Assembly: GCA_017519885.1 (NCBI GenBank) | Contig: JAFWRO010000007.1 | Location: 39,815-103,814 of the forward strand | Direction: 5' to 3' | Origin: Bacteroidales bacterium | Lineage (GTDB): Bacteria > Bacteroidota > Bacteroidia > Bacteroidales > UBA3663 | DNA: 64,000 bases | Part shown: in pieces, positions 32,338 through 40,895 of the stretch | Layout of the letters: each line of letters begins with the position of its first letter | How positions within the stretch are numbered: the stretch's first letter is position 1 | Translations under genes and position numbers: made by a program | The notes under the pieces: generated by a model | Databases searched by the model: none | Told to the model about the DNA's origin: nothing | What the model saw: the letters and a program-made list of their open reading frames with translations, nothing else

Positions 32338-33246
32338 TTAGTTGCGTCTCGAAAGGGCGATGCTTCCGTCAGTATTGTAGGAATATTTTAGTTTGCCTGT
32401 TTCACACAGAATGTCGAGCACCTCGTTGATGGTCTGTTCGCTGCGCGAGAAGTCGCCATAGAAGCACAGAGTCCTGATGGAAGGGTCGTCGATGCGAATC
32501 TTGACATTATAACTGTGATTCAATATGTTCACGATATGTTCCAAGGGATCTTCGTCAAAGAAGAGTTGGCCCGATGTCCAGAGCGAAGCGGTCGTGGCGT
32601 TGGTCGTGTCGATGCTCATCTTTCCAGTGGTCTTGTCAAGGATGCAGTGTTGGTTGGGTGTCAGGGTGATGATGTTGTTCGCATCGACGATGCTGTTCAT
32701 GGCGACGCTGCCTTCCTCGAGTGTCACTTCGGCGAGTGACTCGTCCTGGTAGTCGCAGACGTTGAACTTCGTTCCCAGAACTGTGACCTTGATAGCGTTG
32801 CTTTCCACAGTGAAAGGTTTGCTCTTGTCATGGGTTACCTCGAAATAGCCTTCGCCCGACATCCTGACGTCCCTATTCTTTACACCGAAGCCTTGCGAGT
32901 AGGTGAGCGAGGAACCTGCGTTAAGCCATACGATGCTACCATCAGGAAGAACGATGCGTGATCGTGAATCGGAAGGTGCCTCTATGGTCATGTCTGCCAT
33001 CTTGCTTTCCACACTGACCTGTCCGAAATAGTTCGAGACGACAGCAATGAGGATAACGACTGCCGCAGCAGCTGCATATCTGAGCCATCGTCTTGTCGGC
33101 GATTGTGCTTGATGGCCTTTTACGCGTTTCTGGAACCGTTGATAGCCAGCTTCTGCATCGAATCGCGGCGTGGCGCCATTAGTGTCCTCTCTCTCACTCA
33201 GGAGAGCAGTCAGGAGCTCATCGAATTGTTTCTGCTTGTTTGCCAT
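32338..33246 (-). CDS. FecR-family anti-sigma factor
   Basis: 302 aa with a central transmembrane segment (RYAAAAAVVILIAVV), then the FecR block DGSIVWLNAGSSLTY...R.V.MSGEGYFEV. It is paired with an ECF sigma factor and an STN-SusC. Confidence 0.88.
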   Translation of the reverse strand: MANKQKQFDELLTALLSEREDTNGATPRFDAEAGYQRFQKRVKGHQAQSPTRRWLRYAAAAAVVILIAVVSNYFGQVSVESKMADMTIEAPSDSRSRIVLPDGSIVWLNAGSSLTYSQGFGVKNRDVRMSGEGYFEVTHDKSKPFTVESNAIKVTVLGTKFNVCDYQDESLAEVTLEEGSVAMNSIVDANNIITLTPNQHCILDKTTGKMSIDTTNATTASLWTSGQLFFDEDPLEHIVNILNHSYNVKIRIDDPSIRTLCFYGDFSRSEQTINEVLDILCETGKLKYSYNTDGSIALSRRN

Positions 33247-33285
33247 TTTTGTATCGGTTTCAATTGTATGACGGGATAATTTGAA

Positions 33286-33303
33286 AGGCGGGTAGTCCCG
33301 CCT
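33286..33303 (-). promoter_or_regulatory. Hairpin between the ECF sigma and anti-sigma genes (possible attenuator or processing site)
   Basis: AGGCGGG-tagt-CCCGCCT. On the minus strand it is followed by TTTCAAATT, and a long homopurine/A-rich tract (33314-33350) lies upstream on the mRNA strand. Confidence 0.3.
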
Positions 33304-33366
33304 ACAAAATTTGTTTATTTTTTTTCTTTTTTTTATTTTCTTCTTTCCAAAGTATCTTATCAGGTC

Positions 33367-33957
33367 TCAGTGCCTCAGGAAGAGCAAGGCAATGAGCATG
33401 AGTTGTGGCCCTAACGTCTCACGCAGTTGGCGCAAGGCATTTTTGATATGGTATTTCACGGTATTGATTGTTATTCCCAGTTCGTCGGCAATCTCTTGAT
33501 AGGATTTCTCCTCCATACGACTTTCAATGAATACTCGCCGACACTCATCTGGAAGAGCATCTATAGCCTTCTGTACGATATCGACCAGTTGCTCTTCTTC
33601 AAGAGGCATGGACGTATCGGAAAGCATTGAGTGCACTTGTTGCATCTCAGACTCGGAGATTTTTGATGCAGCTATTTCATATTCATGGTGCGATGATTCC
33701 AGATAATCGATACAGCGGTTTCGGATGGCTGCCAAAAGATAGCTTCGCAGCGAAACCTTCACTATCAACGAATCTCGGTGTTGCCAAAGGTGTACGATGA
33801 GGTCTTCGACCAGATTCTCTGCAAGGAATGCATCTTCCACGTATCGGAACGCCACACGACAAAGGGCATCATAATGATGCTCATACAAGTATTTGTATGC
33901 CTTGTCGTTTCCCAGCTTGAGTTGCTCGATGATCAGTCGTTCTTCAATAGGTAGCAT
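33367..33957 (-). CDS. ECF-type RNA polymerase sigma-70 family factor
   Basis: 196 aa with region 2 (DLIVHLW) and the region 4 HTH (SYQEIADELGITINTVKYHIKNAL). Confidence 0.9.
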   Translation of the reverse strand: MLPIEERLIIEQLKLGNDKAYKYLYEHHYDALCRVAFRYVEDAFLAENLVEDLIVHLWQHRDSLIVKVSLRSYLLAAIRNRCIDYLESSHHEYEIAASKISESEMQQVHSMLSDTSMPLEEEQLVDIVQKAIDALPDECRRVFIESRMEEKSYQEIADELGITINTVKYHIKNALRQLRETLGPQLMLIALLFLRH

Positions 33958-34030
33958 GATTAATTATAGGTATATATGAATAGGCAAGAATGCTGTGGAT
34001 TTAGCGTGTGTGTTAGCCGCTAATCGGCTG

Positions 34031-34038
34031 CAAATATA
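34031..34038 (-). promoter_or_regulatory. -7 box TATATTTG(CA) upstream of the ECF sigma gene
   Basis: The minus strand reads CCATTATATTTGCAGCC about 75 nt upstream of the ATG at 33957. Confidence 0.55.
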
Positions 34039-34086
34039 ATGGATAGTTTTGTATTTTGCAAATATTTTGTCCGGAAAACTGATTAT

Positions 34087-34157
34087 CTCTATCACGAATT
34101 ATCGAAATAAATAATTATTCTGCAACCCTAGACCTTAAAAATTCGATAATTCGTGAT
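34087..34157. repeat. Inverted-repeat element, copy 1 (ATCACGAATTATCGAA / TTCGATAATTCGTGAT)
   Basis: Perfect 16-bp arms separated by about 34 nt. The same CTCTATCACGAATTATCGAA arm recurs at 37564. Confidence 0.8.
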
Positions 34158-34167
34158 AAAAAGAAAG

Positions 34168-34405
34168 TCAAATATTCCCTAAATACACTTTCTTGATGAC
34201 CTCGTCCAGCGCGATGTCACGCGCCTTGATGAGGGTATTCTTGGGCGTGGAATAACTGTTGCTCAAATGGCTCACTTCCGTTGGCAAAGCCTGTGAGATG
34301 TCATGATTCTGGCAATTCAGACAACGGATATTACAGTTCGCACAGGCCAGCACAAATCAAGATGGAACCCGTAATTCGGCCTCTTCTCAATTGAATTGCC
34401 TGCCC
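34168..34405 (-). pseudogene. Decayed partial copy of the AmmeMemoRadiSam radical SAM gene (internally deleted and frameshifted)
   Basis: The 61-aa ORF 34168..34353 reads LACANCNIRCLNCQNHDISQALPTEVSHLS joined directly to NSYSTPKNTLIKARDIALDEVIKKVYLGNI. In the intact gene at 37734..38597 these parts lie about 150 codons apart. Further upstream, IEKRPNYGFH (matching IEKKPLYGFH) appears in another frame. Confidence 0.85.
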
Positions 34406-34487
34406 AATAATCTCCACTTTTTTCCAAAAAAATGAATAAATCCGCACATTTTCATCCATTCTCTTGCACGGAATAAGAAAAAATTCG

Positions 34488-34495
34488 TATATTTG
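34488..34495 (+). promoter_or_regulatory. -7 box TATATTTG(CG) for the pectate lyase gene
   Basis: CGTATATTTGCGGCAC lies about 50 nt upstream of the ATG at 34544. Confidence 0.6.
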
Positions 34496-34543
34496 CGGCA
34501 CAAACATATCGTTAACACTTCTTATTTCAAACCACGCACTGTC

Positions 34544-37540
34544 ATGAAAACCAGAATCTTCCTCCTTGCTGCCCTTCTTCCACTCTTAGCCGTGGCGCAG
34601 ACCGGCAATGGTCCCGTGGGCTTTGTCAACTACTCTGACCTTGGTAACGACGGCATCACCGGTGGTGGTGCAGGTCCCGTGGTACGCGTCAGCACACGCG
34701 CCGAATTCGAACGCTACGTGCAAGGCTCTGCCCCCTACGTCATCATTCTCGATGCTGACATCACGGGTGGAGGCATGCAGGATCTCAACGATGCCATCTC
34801 AGTTGGCTCCAACAAGACCATCATCGGTGCCGGTAGCGGCAAGGCGCTCAACGGCATATGCATCGACATGAAGAACCAGCACAACGTCATCTTCCGAAAC
34901 ATCATCCTCACAAAGGGACGCGAAGACGGCATCGCCATGCGCAACTGCCATCACATATGGATTGACCACTGCGACCTCTCCGACTCCTACGACGGACTGC
35001 TCGACTTCACACTGGGCTCCGACTATCTGACGTGCAGTTGGACCAAACTCCATCACCACGACAAGGTGTCGATTGTCAATTCGGGCACCTGTCATTTCGA
35101 GGACTATGGTCGCGAACACGTCACCTATGCCCATTGCTGGTTTTCCAACAATGTACAGCGCAATCCGCGCATCGGCTATGGTCGTGCCCACGTGTATAAC
35201 TGCTATTGGACCGACATCTCGAGTTACTGCATCGGCTTCCATTCGCAGGCACAGGTGCTTTCCGAAAACAATTACTTCACACGTTCGGCCAACCATCCGT
35301 TCAACAACCAGTACTCCGACGTGTTGCCCTATTGCGGTTACCTCACCGACCGCGGCTCTTACTTCGCCAATGGCAATCCCGGCACCAACTATTCACAACG
35401 GTTCACAGGCATCAGTTATTCCCCACTCACGTTCTACGAATATGCCTTCGATCTCGACGAAACTCAGGATGTCGCCACCTCCACGCCCGAGGGTGTAGGA
35501 CCCAAAGAAGGCCTCGAATACGAACCCATCCTAAACCCGGGCAATGGTGCCATCGAAGTCTCAGCTGACCGACAACTCACCTGGGGCAACATCGAAGGTG
35601 TGACAGCCAGCCGTGTGCTTATCGGAACTGAACGTGAAACCCTTGTCGAAACGCATGTCGAAGACATAACGCTGCAACCATCGACCACCTATTTCTGGCA
35701 AGTCGTCGTCACCATCGACGGCACCGAGCACCCCTCTCCTATCTGCCAGTTCACGACAGCGGCCAAGACTGCTTCGAAGCCCTATCCCGCCGACTGCGAG
35801 ACCCATCCCTGGCTCCGCTGGCCCTCTTCGTCCAGCGCATTCTGTTCTAACATGCAGCTCTCATGGCGTCCGGCATTCGATGCTGCAAGCTACAAGGTAT
35901 ATGTTGGCGAAACAGCCGATGATCTTGCCTTGGTTGACGAGACCAGTACGCTGACGAGCACCAGATACGACTTCGCGTTGGGCAAATCCTATTTCTGGCG
36001 CGTCGATGCCGTACGAGCCGATGGCACTGAACAGTCTGGCGACGTATGGCAATTCTCAACCCCAGCAACGGTGCTTCGTGAAGGCAGGAACGAAACCGAA
36101 AACTTGTACCTTTCAGGCATCGTATTCACCGAAACGCTCGGCGGAGCGTCAAAGAATGTAGCCACCGCAGGCGATCAGGGTCCGGGTGCACTGATGGGCA
36201 TATGGGATGGCGAAGAGGGCACCTACGCCATCTCGACCACTTCCTACGACCAGCCTCTTGGTCCAAACCTCATCGGCATCACCGTGGGCGACAAACTGAT
36301 TGATGCCTGGCTCACCAACGATGCCGACTATAAGTTCAGCACGCGCAAGACGCGTCACACCGTCCATCTGCAGAAGGGTGACCCCATCCGCATCGACTTC
36401 GTGGCAGGTTATGTCGATGGCGGCCTCAACGAGAGCCGTGCCCACATCGACTATATCACTTTCACTCCCGCTGAAGGCGACGTTGTCGAAACAAGTCGAC
36501 CCAGCGGACAATACCATTCGCCTGTTTCAACCAAGGGCTACGATTGCGAATACCTTCCCCTTTCCTCCGTGCTTTTCACCGACAGCCTCGGTACGGTAGG
36601 CGACTATGGGTCAACGCAAGTCAAGGACATGTACTGTTCGTGGATCAGCCGCACGGACGACGCGATGACCTATTACCTGAAGGAATGCGCCATGACAAAG
36701 CTGGAATACAAGAGCAAGTCGGGTGCCATCTCGCTCGTGACCCGCATGCTTGACTTCAACCAGACCTTCGCCCTCGGCGCACCGCTCACCGACAGCGGCA
36801 ACTCGCTCCATGCCGTGCGCCTCTACAAGACCACTCCCGCCGACACACTCTATTATCGTCCCGTAGCCACCGAGGGTTACGAATGGCAACTCCTGCTTTC
36901 GCCCGACTGCATCTTCCTCGACTCCGAGGGCGTCAAGGGCAACAAGAACAAGGTACAGATACGCGACGGCTACGACCAGTGGATGAAGTACTACAATCCA
37001 TCGGCCAACGAAGTGCAGGCAAAGAACTCCTCCAACGGTATCCGTGCATTCATCGACCCCATAACCGACAATCAAGTCTATCCATTCGTGCCCAGGGGAA
37101 GCGATGGCTCAACCTATTCCTATGTCGTTGGCACGGAAAAGAGCATGACTTATTTCCTCCAAGCGTGCGAACGCGTGAAGTTCTATTATAGCGGCACGGG
37201 CGGAGCCGCCACCAACCTCACCCTCACCATCACTGACGTGGAAACTGGTGAGAAAACAGTCATCGAAGGTCCAGATGCAAGGGGAAAGAATGTAGCTTCT
37301 GCAACTGTCGAAGCAGAATTAAATCCCAATCATCTCCATACCGTTATGATCAAAGCCACCACAGGAGACATGCTCATTTACGCCCTCAAAATGTGGCCAG
37401 GCGATGCAGAAGGCATCCGTGAAGTGAATCCCGACAATCAGTTGCGCACCGCATCTCCCTCCTACAATCTTTGGGGGCAAAGGGTTGGCAACAATCACAG
37501 CGGAATCGTCATTCAAGATAGAATGATCAAAATCAAGTAA
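34544..37540 (+). CDS. PL1-family pectate lyase with a long C-terminal extension and a T9SS sorting domain
   Basis: ORF 34493..37540 (TTG), trimmed to MKTRIFLLAALLPLLAVAQ. The PL1 core is NKTIIGAGSG...DGIAMRNCHHIWIDHCDLSDSYDGLLDF...NNVQRNPRIGYG. The tail YNLWGQRVGNNHSGIVIQDRMIKIK resembles Por-type C-terminal domains. Confidence 0.88.
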   Translation: MKTRIFLLAALLPLLAVAQTGNGPVGFVNYSDLGNDGITGGGAGPVVRVSTRAEFERYVQGSAPYVIILDADITGGGMQDLNDAISVGSNKTIIGAGSGKALNGICIDMKNQHNVIFRNIILTKGREDGIAMRNCHHIWIDHCDLSDSYDGLLDFTLGSDYLTCSWTKLHHHDKVSIVNSGTCHFEDYGREHVTYAHCWFSNNVQRNPRIGYGRAHVYNCYWTDISSYCIGFHSQAQVLSENNYFTRSANHPFNNQYSDVLPYCGYLTDRGSYFANGNPGTNYSQRFTGISYSPLTFYEYAFDLDETQDVATSTPEGVGPKEGLEYEPILNPGNGAIEVSADRQLTWGNIEGVTASRVLIGTERETLVETHVEDITLQPSTTYFWQVVVTIDGTEHPSPICQFTTAAKTASKPYPADCETHPWLRWPSSSSAFCSNMQLSWRPAFDAASYKVYVGETADDLALVDETSTLTSTRYDFALGKSYFWRVDAVRADGTEQSGDVWQFSTPATVLREGRNETENLYLSGIVFTETLGGASKNVATAGDQGPGALMGIWDGEEGTYAISTTSYDQPLGPNLIGITVGDKLIDAWLTNDADYKFSTRKTRHTVHLQKGDPIRIDFVAGYVDGGLNESRAHIDYITFTPAEGDVVETSRPSGQYHSPVSTKGYDCEYLPLSSVLFTDSLGTVGDYGSTQVKDMYCSWISRTDDAMTYYLKECAMTKLEYKSKSGAISLVTRMLDFNQTFALGAPLTDSGNSLHAVRLYKTTPADTLYYRPVATEGYEWQLLLSPDCIFLDSEGVKGNKNKVQIRDGYDQWMKYYNPSANEVQAKNSSNGIRAFIDPITDNQVYPFVPRGSDGSTYSYVVGTEKSMTYFLQACERVKFYYSGTGGAATNLTLTITDVETGEKTVIEGPDARGKNVASATVEAELNPNHLHTVMIKATTGDMLIYALKMWPGDAEGIREVNPDNQLRTASPSYNLWGQRVGNNHSGIVIQDRMIKIK

Positions 37541-37563
37541 TCCACAAGAACAATCACGTTTAT

Positions 37564-37680
37564 CTCTATCACGAATTATCGAATTATAGAATTATGCCGC
37601 AGAACCAAGCTATGTAATTCTATAATTCGATAATCAATAATTCATGATAAGCACCCGCAGGAAAATTCGATAATTCGTGA
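37564..37680. repeat. Inverted-repeat element, copy 2 (expanded)
   Basis: The CTCTATCACGAATTATCGAA left arm is followed by a degenerate internal arm (TTCGATAATCAATAATTCATGAT) and a terminal TTCGATAATTCGTGAC. Confidence 0.75.
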
Positions 37681-37733
37681 CAATTAAATTGTTAATTGTT
37701 AATTTTTAATTGTTATTTTTCAATTGTTAATTG
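37681..37733. repeat. TTGTTAA-type heptamer microsatellite
   Basis: CAATTAAATTGTTAATTGTTAATTTTTAATTGTTATTTTTCAATTGTTAATTG. Related tracts occur at 38596-38622 and 52916-52949. Confidence 0.8.
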
Positions 37734-38597
37734 TCATATATTCCCTAGATACACTTTCTTGATGCCCTCTTCAATCGCGATATCACGCGCCTTGATGAGG
37801 GTATTCTTTGGTGTGGGATAACTGTTGCTCATCTTATAGCGCGGGAAGAAGCGGCTGAAATGGAGCGGACAATCCTGCATATCGTGTTCGACGAGCCAGC
37901 GGCACATCTGCCGTATCAAATCCATATCGTCGTTCACCTCAGGAATCAGCAGATTCGTGATTTCGAGGTGTGTGCCTGCTTCGTGCAAGGTGATAAGCGT
38001 ATCGAGCACAGGTTGCAAGCTTCCACCGCTCACACGACGATAGATGTCGTCGGAGAACGATTTCAGGTCGATGTTGGCAGCATCGATGAGCGGAGCCAAG
38101 TCGCGCAGCGGCTCGGGATTGACGTAGCCTGCCGAGACGAGGATGTTCCACAGCCCTTGTTCGTGAGCCAAAGTGGCTATGTCCATCATGTATTCAATCC
38201 ACGTCAACGGCTCGGTATAGGTGTAGGCGATACCGGGGATATGGTGCTGCAAGGCCAGCTCCACCACTTGCTGCGGGGTCAGCGAATAATGCGACACCTC
38301 GGCAGGCAAAGCCTGCGAGATGTCGTGGTTCTGACAGTTCAGACAGCGGAAGTTACAGCCCGTGCAAGCCAGCGACAGGCAGCGCGTGCCAGGATGGAAG
38401 CCGTAGAGCGGCTTTTTCTCGATAGGGTCGTCAGCCAGCGCACACGGCTTGCCGTAGGCATCGCTCACCATCACGCCGCCCTCGTTCCTGCGGCTTCCGC
38501 ATCGCCCATGCTGCCCCTCCCCCATCGTGCATCCATGTGGACACAGGAGACATTTCAGCCTGCCATCCTCCTGTTTCTGATAATATCTACACTCCAA
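37734..38597 (-). CDS. amrS: AmmeMemoRadiSam system radical SAM enzyme
   Basis: 287 aa with the CX3CX2C cluster motif CNFRCLNC followed by QNHDISQ. It is adjacent to a Memo/AMMECR1 gene, matching the genome-context family defined as AmmeMemoRadiSam. Confidence 0.85.
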   Translation of the reverse strand: MECRYYQKQEDGRLKCLLCPHGCTMGEGQHGRCGSRRNEGGVMVSDAYGKPCALADDPIEKKPLYGFHPGTRCLSLACTGCNFRCLNCQNHDISQALPAEVSHYSLTPQQVVELALQHHIPGIAYTYTEPLTWIEYMMDIATLAHEQGLWNILVSAGYVNPEPLRDLAPLIDAANIDLKSFSDDIYRRVSGGSLQPVLDTLITLHEAGTHLEITNLLIPEVNDDMDLIRQMCRWLVEHDMQDCPLHFSRFFPRYKMSNSYPTPKNTLIKARDIAIEEGIKKVYLGNI

Positions 38598-38622
38598 ATT
38601 GTTAATTATTAATTGTTAATTA
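38596..38622. repeat. TTGTTAA-type heptamer tract in the amrS / Memo-AMMECR1 spacer
   Basis: AAATTGTTAATTATTAATTGTTAATTA fills the 22-nt intergenic gap and overlaps both gene ends. Confidence 0.7.
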
Positions 38623-40161
38623 AAAAACTATTGCCTCATACACATACAGCTCGGCATCCTTCCACCCATTCCAGCCGATACCGGCCTTTTCGGCCGCGCA
38701 ATGCGATACGAACTCTTCTTTCGACCAGTTCACCTCGTCTGCCACCTGGGGCAGATAAGTGCCCGAACGCCAGCCCTTGCGAATGTAGATGCCGTGCTTG
38801 CCCAGCACGAACTCGTCGAGACTCTTTATGCGACGCATCGGCGTCAGTACCGAAATCTCGATGTCGATGTCTTCAAGCTCCGACTGACGGACACTGTCAA
38901 AGCGTGGGTCCTCAAAAGCAGCAGCACGTGCCATTTGGGCCACAATCTCGCCTAGCATATGGTCCTCGCCGAAGTGTCCGATGCAGCCACGAAGCCTTCC
39001 GTGCTTATGCAGGCTCACGAATGCACCGCATTTCTGTTTCAAGGTCGGCGAGAGATTCTCTGGCTTATAGTTCCGACCGAAAAACGACAGACGAATGGAT
39101 TCACGTGCGATCTCCTTGAGCGCTGCCTTGTCGGCGTCCGATAACTGGAACTCCGCTGTCAACTGTTCTCCTCCTCCCTTCCCTTGAGGGGAGGGTTGGG
39201 GAGAGGCTTTCCCCTCTTCAAACGCAGGCACCGTTGGCACACGGGCGCCCTTTTCCTCCCTTGTAAAGGCGAACGCATGATAACCCACCACGCGGTCATG
39301 TCCGCCATACTGCGAATCACCCGAATTGCAGTAACGAATATGGTGTATCTGGATGCCCTTGCTGTCCTCCGTCATCATCAACAGCACGGCGATGGCAGCT
39401 TCGCCACAGGCACTGGTGTCCAGGTTTCGGATGCCTAGGTTCTCATTCTTCTCAAGAGCTTCGACAAACTTCAGGACGCTGCCCGTCTTGATGGCTTCGC
39501 CCGTGGCTCCATCCACCTGTTGCGCATCCTTGTACGACGGATAGTGCGAGAAGTCACTGCTGATTACGAAGAGATTCTTCTCGTTGAAATATGGCAAAAG
39601 CGCTTCGGCTATCTGCTCCAGTTTCTGCCAGTTTTGCGTAGCGATGACGATGGGCACGATGGGCGGCATCTCCTTGAAACGATATTGTAACAGCGGCAAT
39701 TGAACTTCCAGACAATGCTCCTTGCTGTGAGCACGTTCCTCGTAAGTAAATACGGAGTTCGACGCGATGATCTGCCGACCGAGTTCTGCATCTACCTTCA
39801 CGTTGCCCAAAGGCGTGTTGTAGGCTTCGTAACCCACTCCCACCGAAGCCTTGTCGAGCCAAACATGATGACTGGGGCCCAACAGAAAGATATGCTCATA
39901 CTGGGCCGAAGGATCGATGCAACTGAAAGCCGAGGCTGCCGTGGCTCCCGAAAAGACATATCCTGCATGGGGCACAATGACCGCCTGCACACGTTGCAGC
40001 GCTCGAATATCCTTCGACGCCTCGTAACATCCGACCACATCAGCGAGTAGTTGTTTCTGACTGCCTGCGTAGAATTGTCCGGCCACAGCCGGGCGTCTAA
40101 TCTTGCCTTCCATAGTAGTACCAGTTATAAGAATCAATATAAAAATGAGCCACTTTTTCAT
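38620..40161 (-). CDS. Fusion protein: Memo-like (AmrB) N-terminal domain + AMMECR1 (AmrA) C-terminal domain
   Basis: ORF 38620..40185 (non-ATG start); the likely start is MKKWLIFILILITG. Memo blocks are RRPAVAGQFYAG and VIVPHAGYVFSG. The AMMECR1 block is CGAFVSLHKHGRLRGCIGHF. The linker is EEGKASPQPSPQGKGGGEQ. Confidence 0.85.
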   Translation of the reverse strand: MKKWLIFILILITGTTMEGKIRRPAVAGQFYAGSQKQLLADVVGCYEASKDIRALQRVQAVIVPHAGYVFSGATAASAFSCIDPSAQYEHIFLLGPSHHVWLDKASVGVGYEAYNTPLGNVKVDAELGRQIIASNSVFTYEERAHSKEHCLEVQLPLLQYRFKEMPPIVPIVIATQNWQKLEQIAEALLPYFNEKNLFVISSDFSHYPSYKDAQQVDGATGEAIKTGSVLKFVEALEKNENLGIRNLDTSACGEAAIAVLLMMTEDSKGIQIHHIRYCNSGDSQYGGHDRVVGYHAFAFTREEKGARVPTVPAFEEGKASPQPSPQGKGGGEQLTAEFQLSDADKAALKEIARESIRLSFFGRNYKPENLSPTLKQKCGAFVSLHKHGRLRGCIGHFGEDHMLGEIVAQMARAAAFEDPRFDSVRQSELEDIDIEISVLTPMRRIKSLDEFVLGKHGIYIRKGWRSGTYLPQVADEVNWSKEEFVSHCAAEKAGIGWNGWKDAELYVYEAIVF

Positions 40162-40276
40162 GTAAAAATTCATTTTCGAGTGCAAATATAACCTAAATAA
40201 TCACTCAATGCAAGGTTTTTTCGGATATTTTTGTTAAAAACAGACGAAATAATTTGGATTCATACAAAAAAATACA

Positions 40277-40284
40277 TATATTTG
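40277..40284 (+). promoter_or_regulatory. -7 box TATATTTG(CA) for the 40370 gene
   Basis: ACATATATTTGCACCGC lies about 85 nt upstream of the ATG at 40370. Confidence 0.55.
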
Positions 40285-40369
40285 CACCGCATAACACCAA
40301 GAATAACAAACCACTTTGTGATCCGCGTCAGTACCAGTCAGCACCGGACACGATTAAAATTTAAGTAAC

Positions 40370-40615
40370 ATGGAAAATCGAATAGGATGGGTTCCCCTTG
40401 GCTTAGCCACAGGATTCATTTTTTCAAAGTTAGGCAAAACACCAACACAAAGAGTCGGAAAACTTGAAATGTCACGTTCAGACAACCGTTACATTTACCG
40501 CTACACCCCCGACTATGTCAGATACCTGACAGTCGAAACAGGTGAGTGGCAATTCGGCAATTCATCTTTTAATGCAAAAGCTGGCGACTTCTACCTGAAC
40601 GTCCCTTTCACATGA
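40370..40615 (+). CDS. Small hypothetical protein (81 aa)
   Basis: The ORF is bracketed by a consensus -7 box (40277) and a strong intrinsic terminator (40681). No recognisable domain. Confidence 0.55.
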   Translation: MENRIGWVPLGLATGFIFSKLGKTPTQRVGKLEMSRSDNRYIYRYTPDYVRYLTVETGEWQFGNSSFNAKAGDFYLNVPFT

Positions 40616-40680
40616 CAAGCTTTCCCCCTTTGCGACCATAAAGCCTACAACAACACTCCCCAGTAATAGAACCTCTTCAA

Positions 40681-40711
40681 TTCCCGCCCTTAAGTGGCGG
40701 GAATTCTTTTT
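40681..40711 (+). terminator. Intrinsic terminator
   Basis: TTCCCGCC-cttaagt-GGCGGGAA followed by TTCTTTTT. Confidence 0.8.
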
Positions 40712-40795
40712 GAGAGCAATCCTTGATTATTTCAACTTTCGTTTATTCTAAGGGGAAAACCACACTGCCTTATGCTATGGAATGGAGATGAGATG

Positions 40796-40835
40796 AAAAA
40801 ACTCCGAAACCCGCGATAGATTTCGGAGCTTTTTT
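40796..40835. terminator. Bidirectional intrinsic terminator; ends the minus-strand surface-protein operon
   Basis: AAAAAA-CTCCGAAA-11 nt-TTTCGGAG-CTTTTTT, with a perfect 8-bp stem and U-tracts on both strands. Confidence 0.8.
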
Positions 40836-40895
40836 ATTTCTGATGCAGATACATATATGCCAAATATCTACATTGAAGCCATAGACTCACAAAAA

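Noticed and set aside
34168-34353. 61-aa ORF that could be annotated as a small radical-SAM-like protein.
   Set aside because: It is a chimera of two distant parts of amrS with about 150 codons missing, and the upstream homology is in another frame. It was treated as a pseudogene remnant.
38613-40050. Plus-strand ORFs (168 aa, 116 aa and others) inside the Memo-AMMECR1 gene, and 37860..38612 (250 aa) inside amrS.
   Set aside because: They are antisense shadows of genes with clear catalytic motifs.
40158-40190. Exact start codon and -7 box (TATATTTG on minus, about 40183-40190) of the Memo-AMMECR1 gene.
   Set aside because: My hand count of this line disagrees by 1 nt with the ORF-track frame. 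The box also overlaps the first codons of the ORF-track model. The promoter was therefore not listed as a feature, and the CDS start (40161 versus 40173 or 40185) is uncertain.
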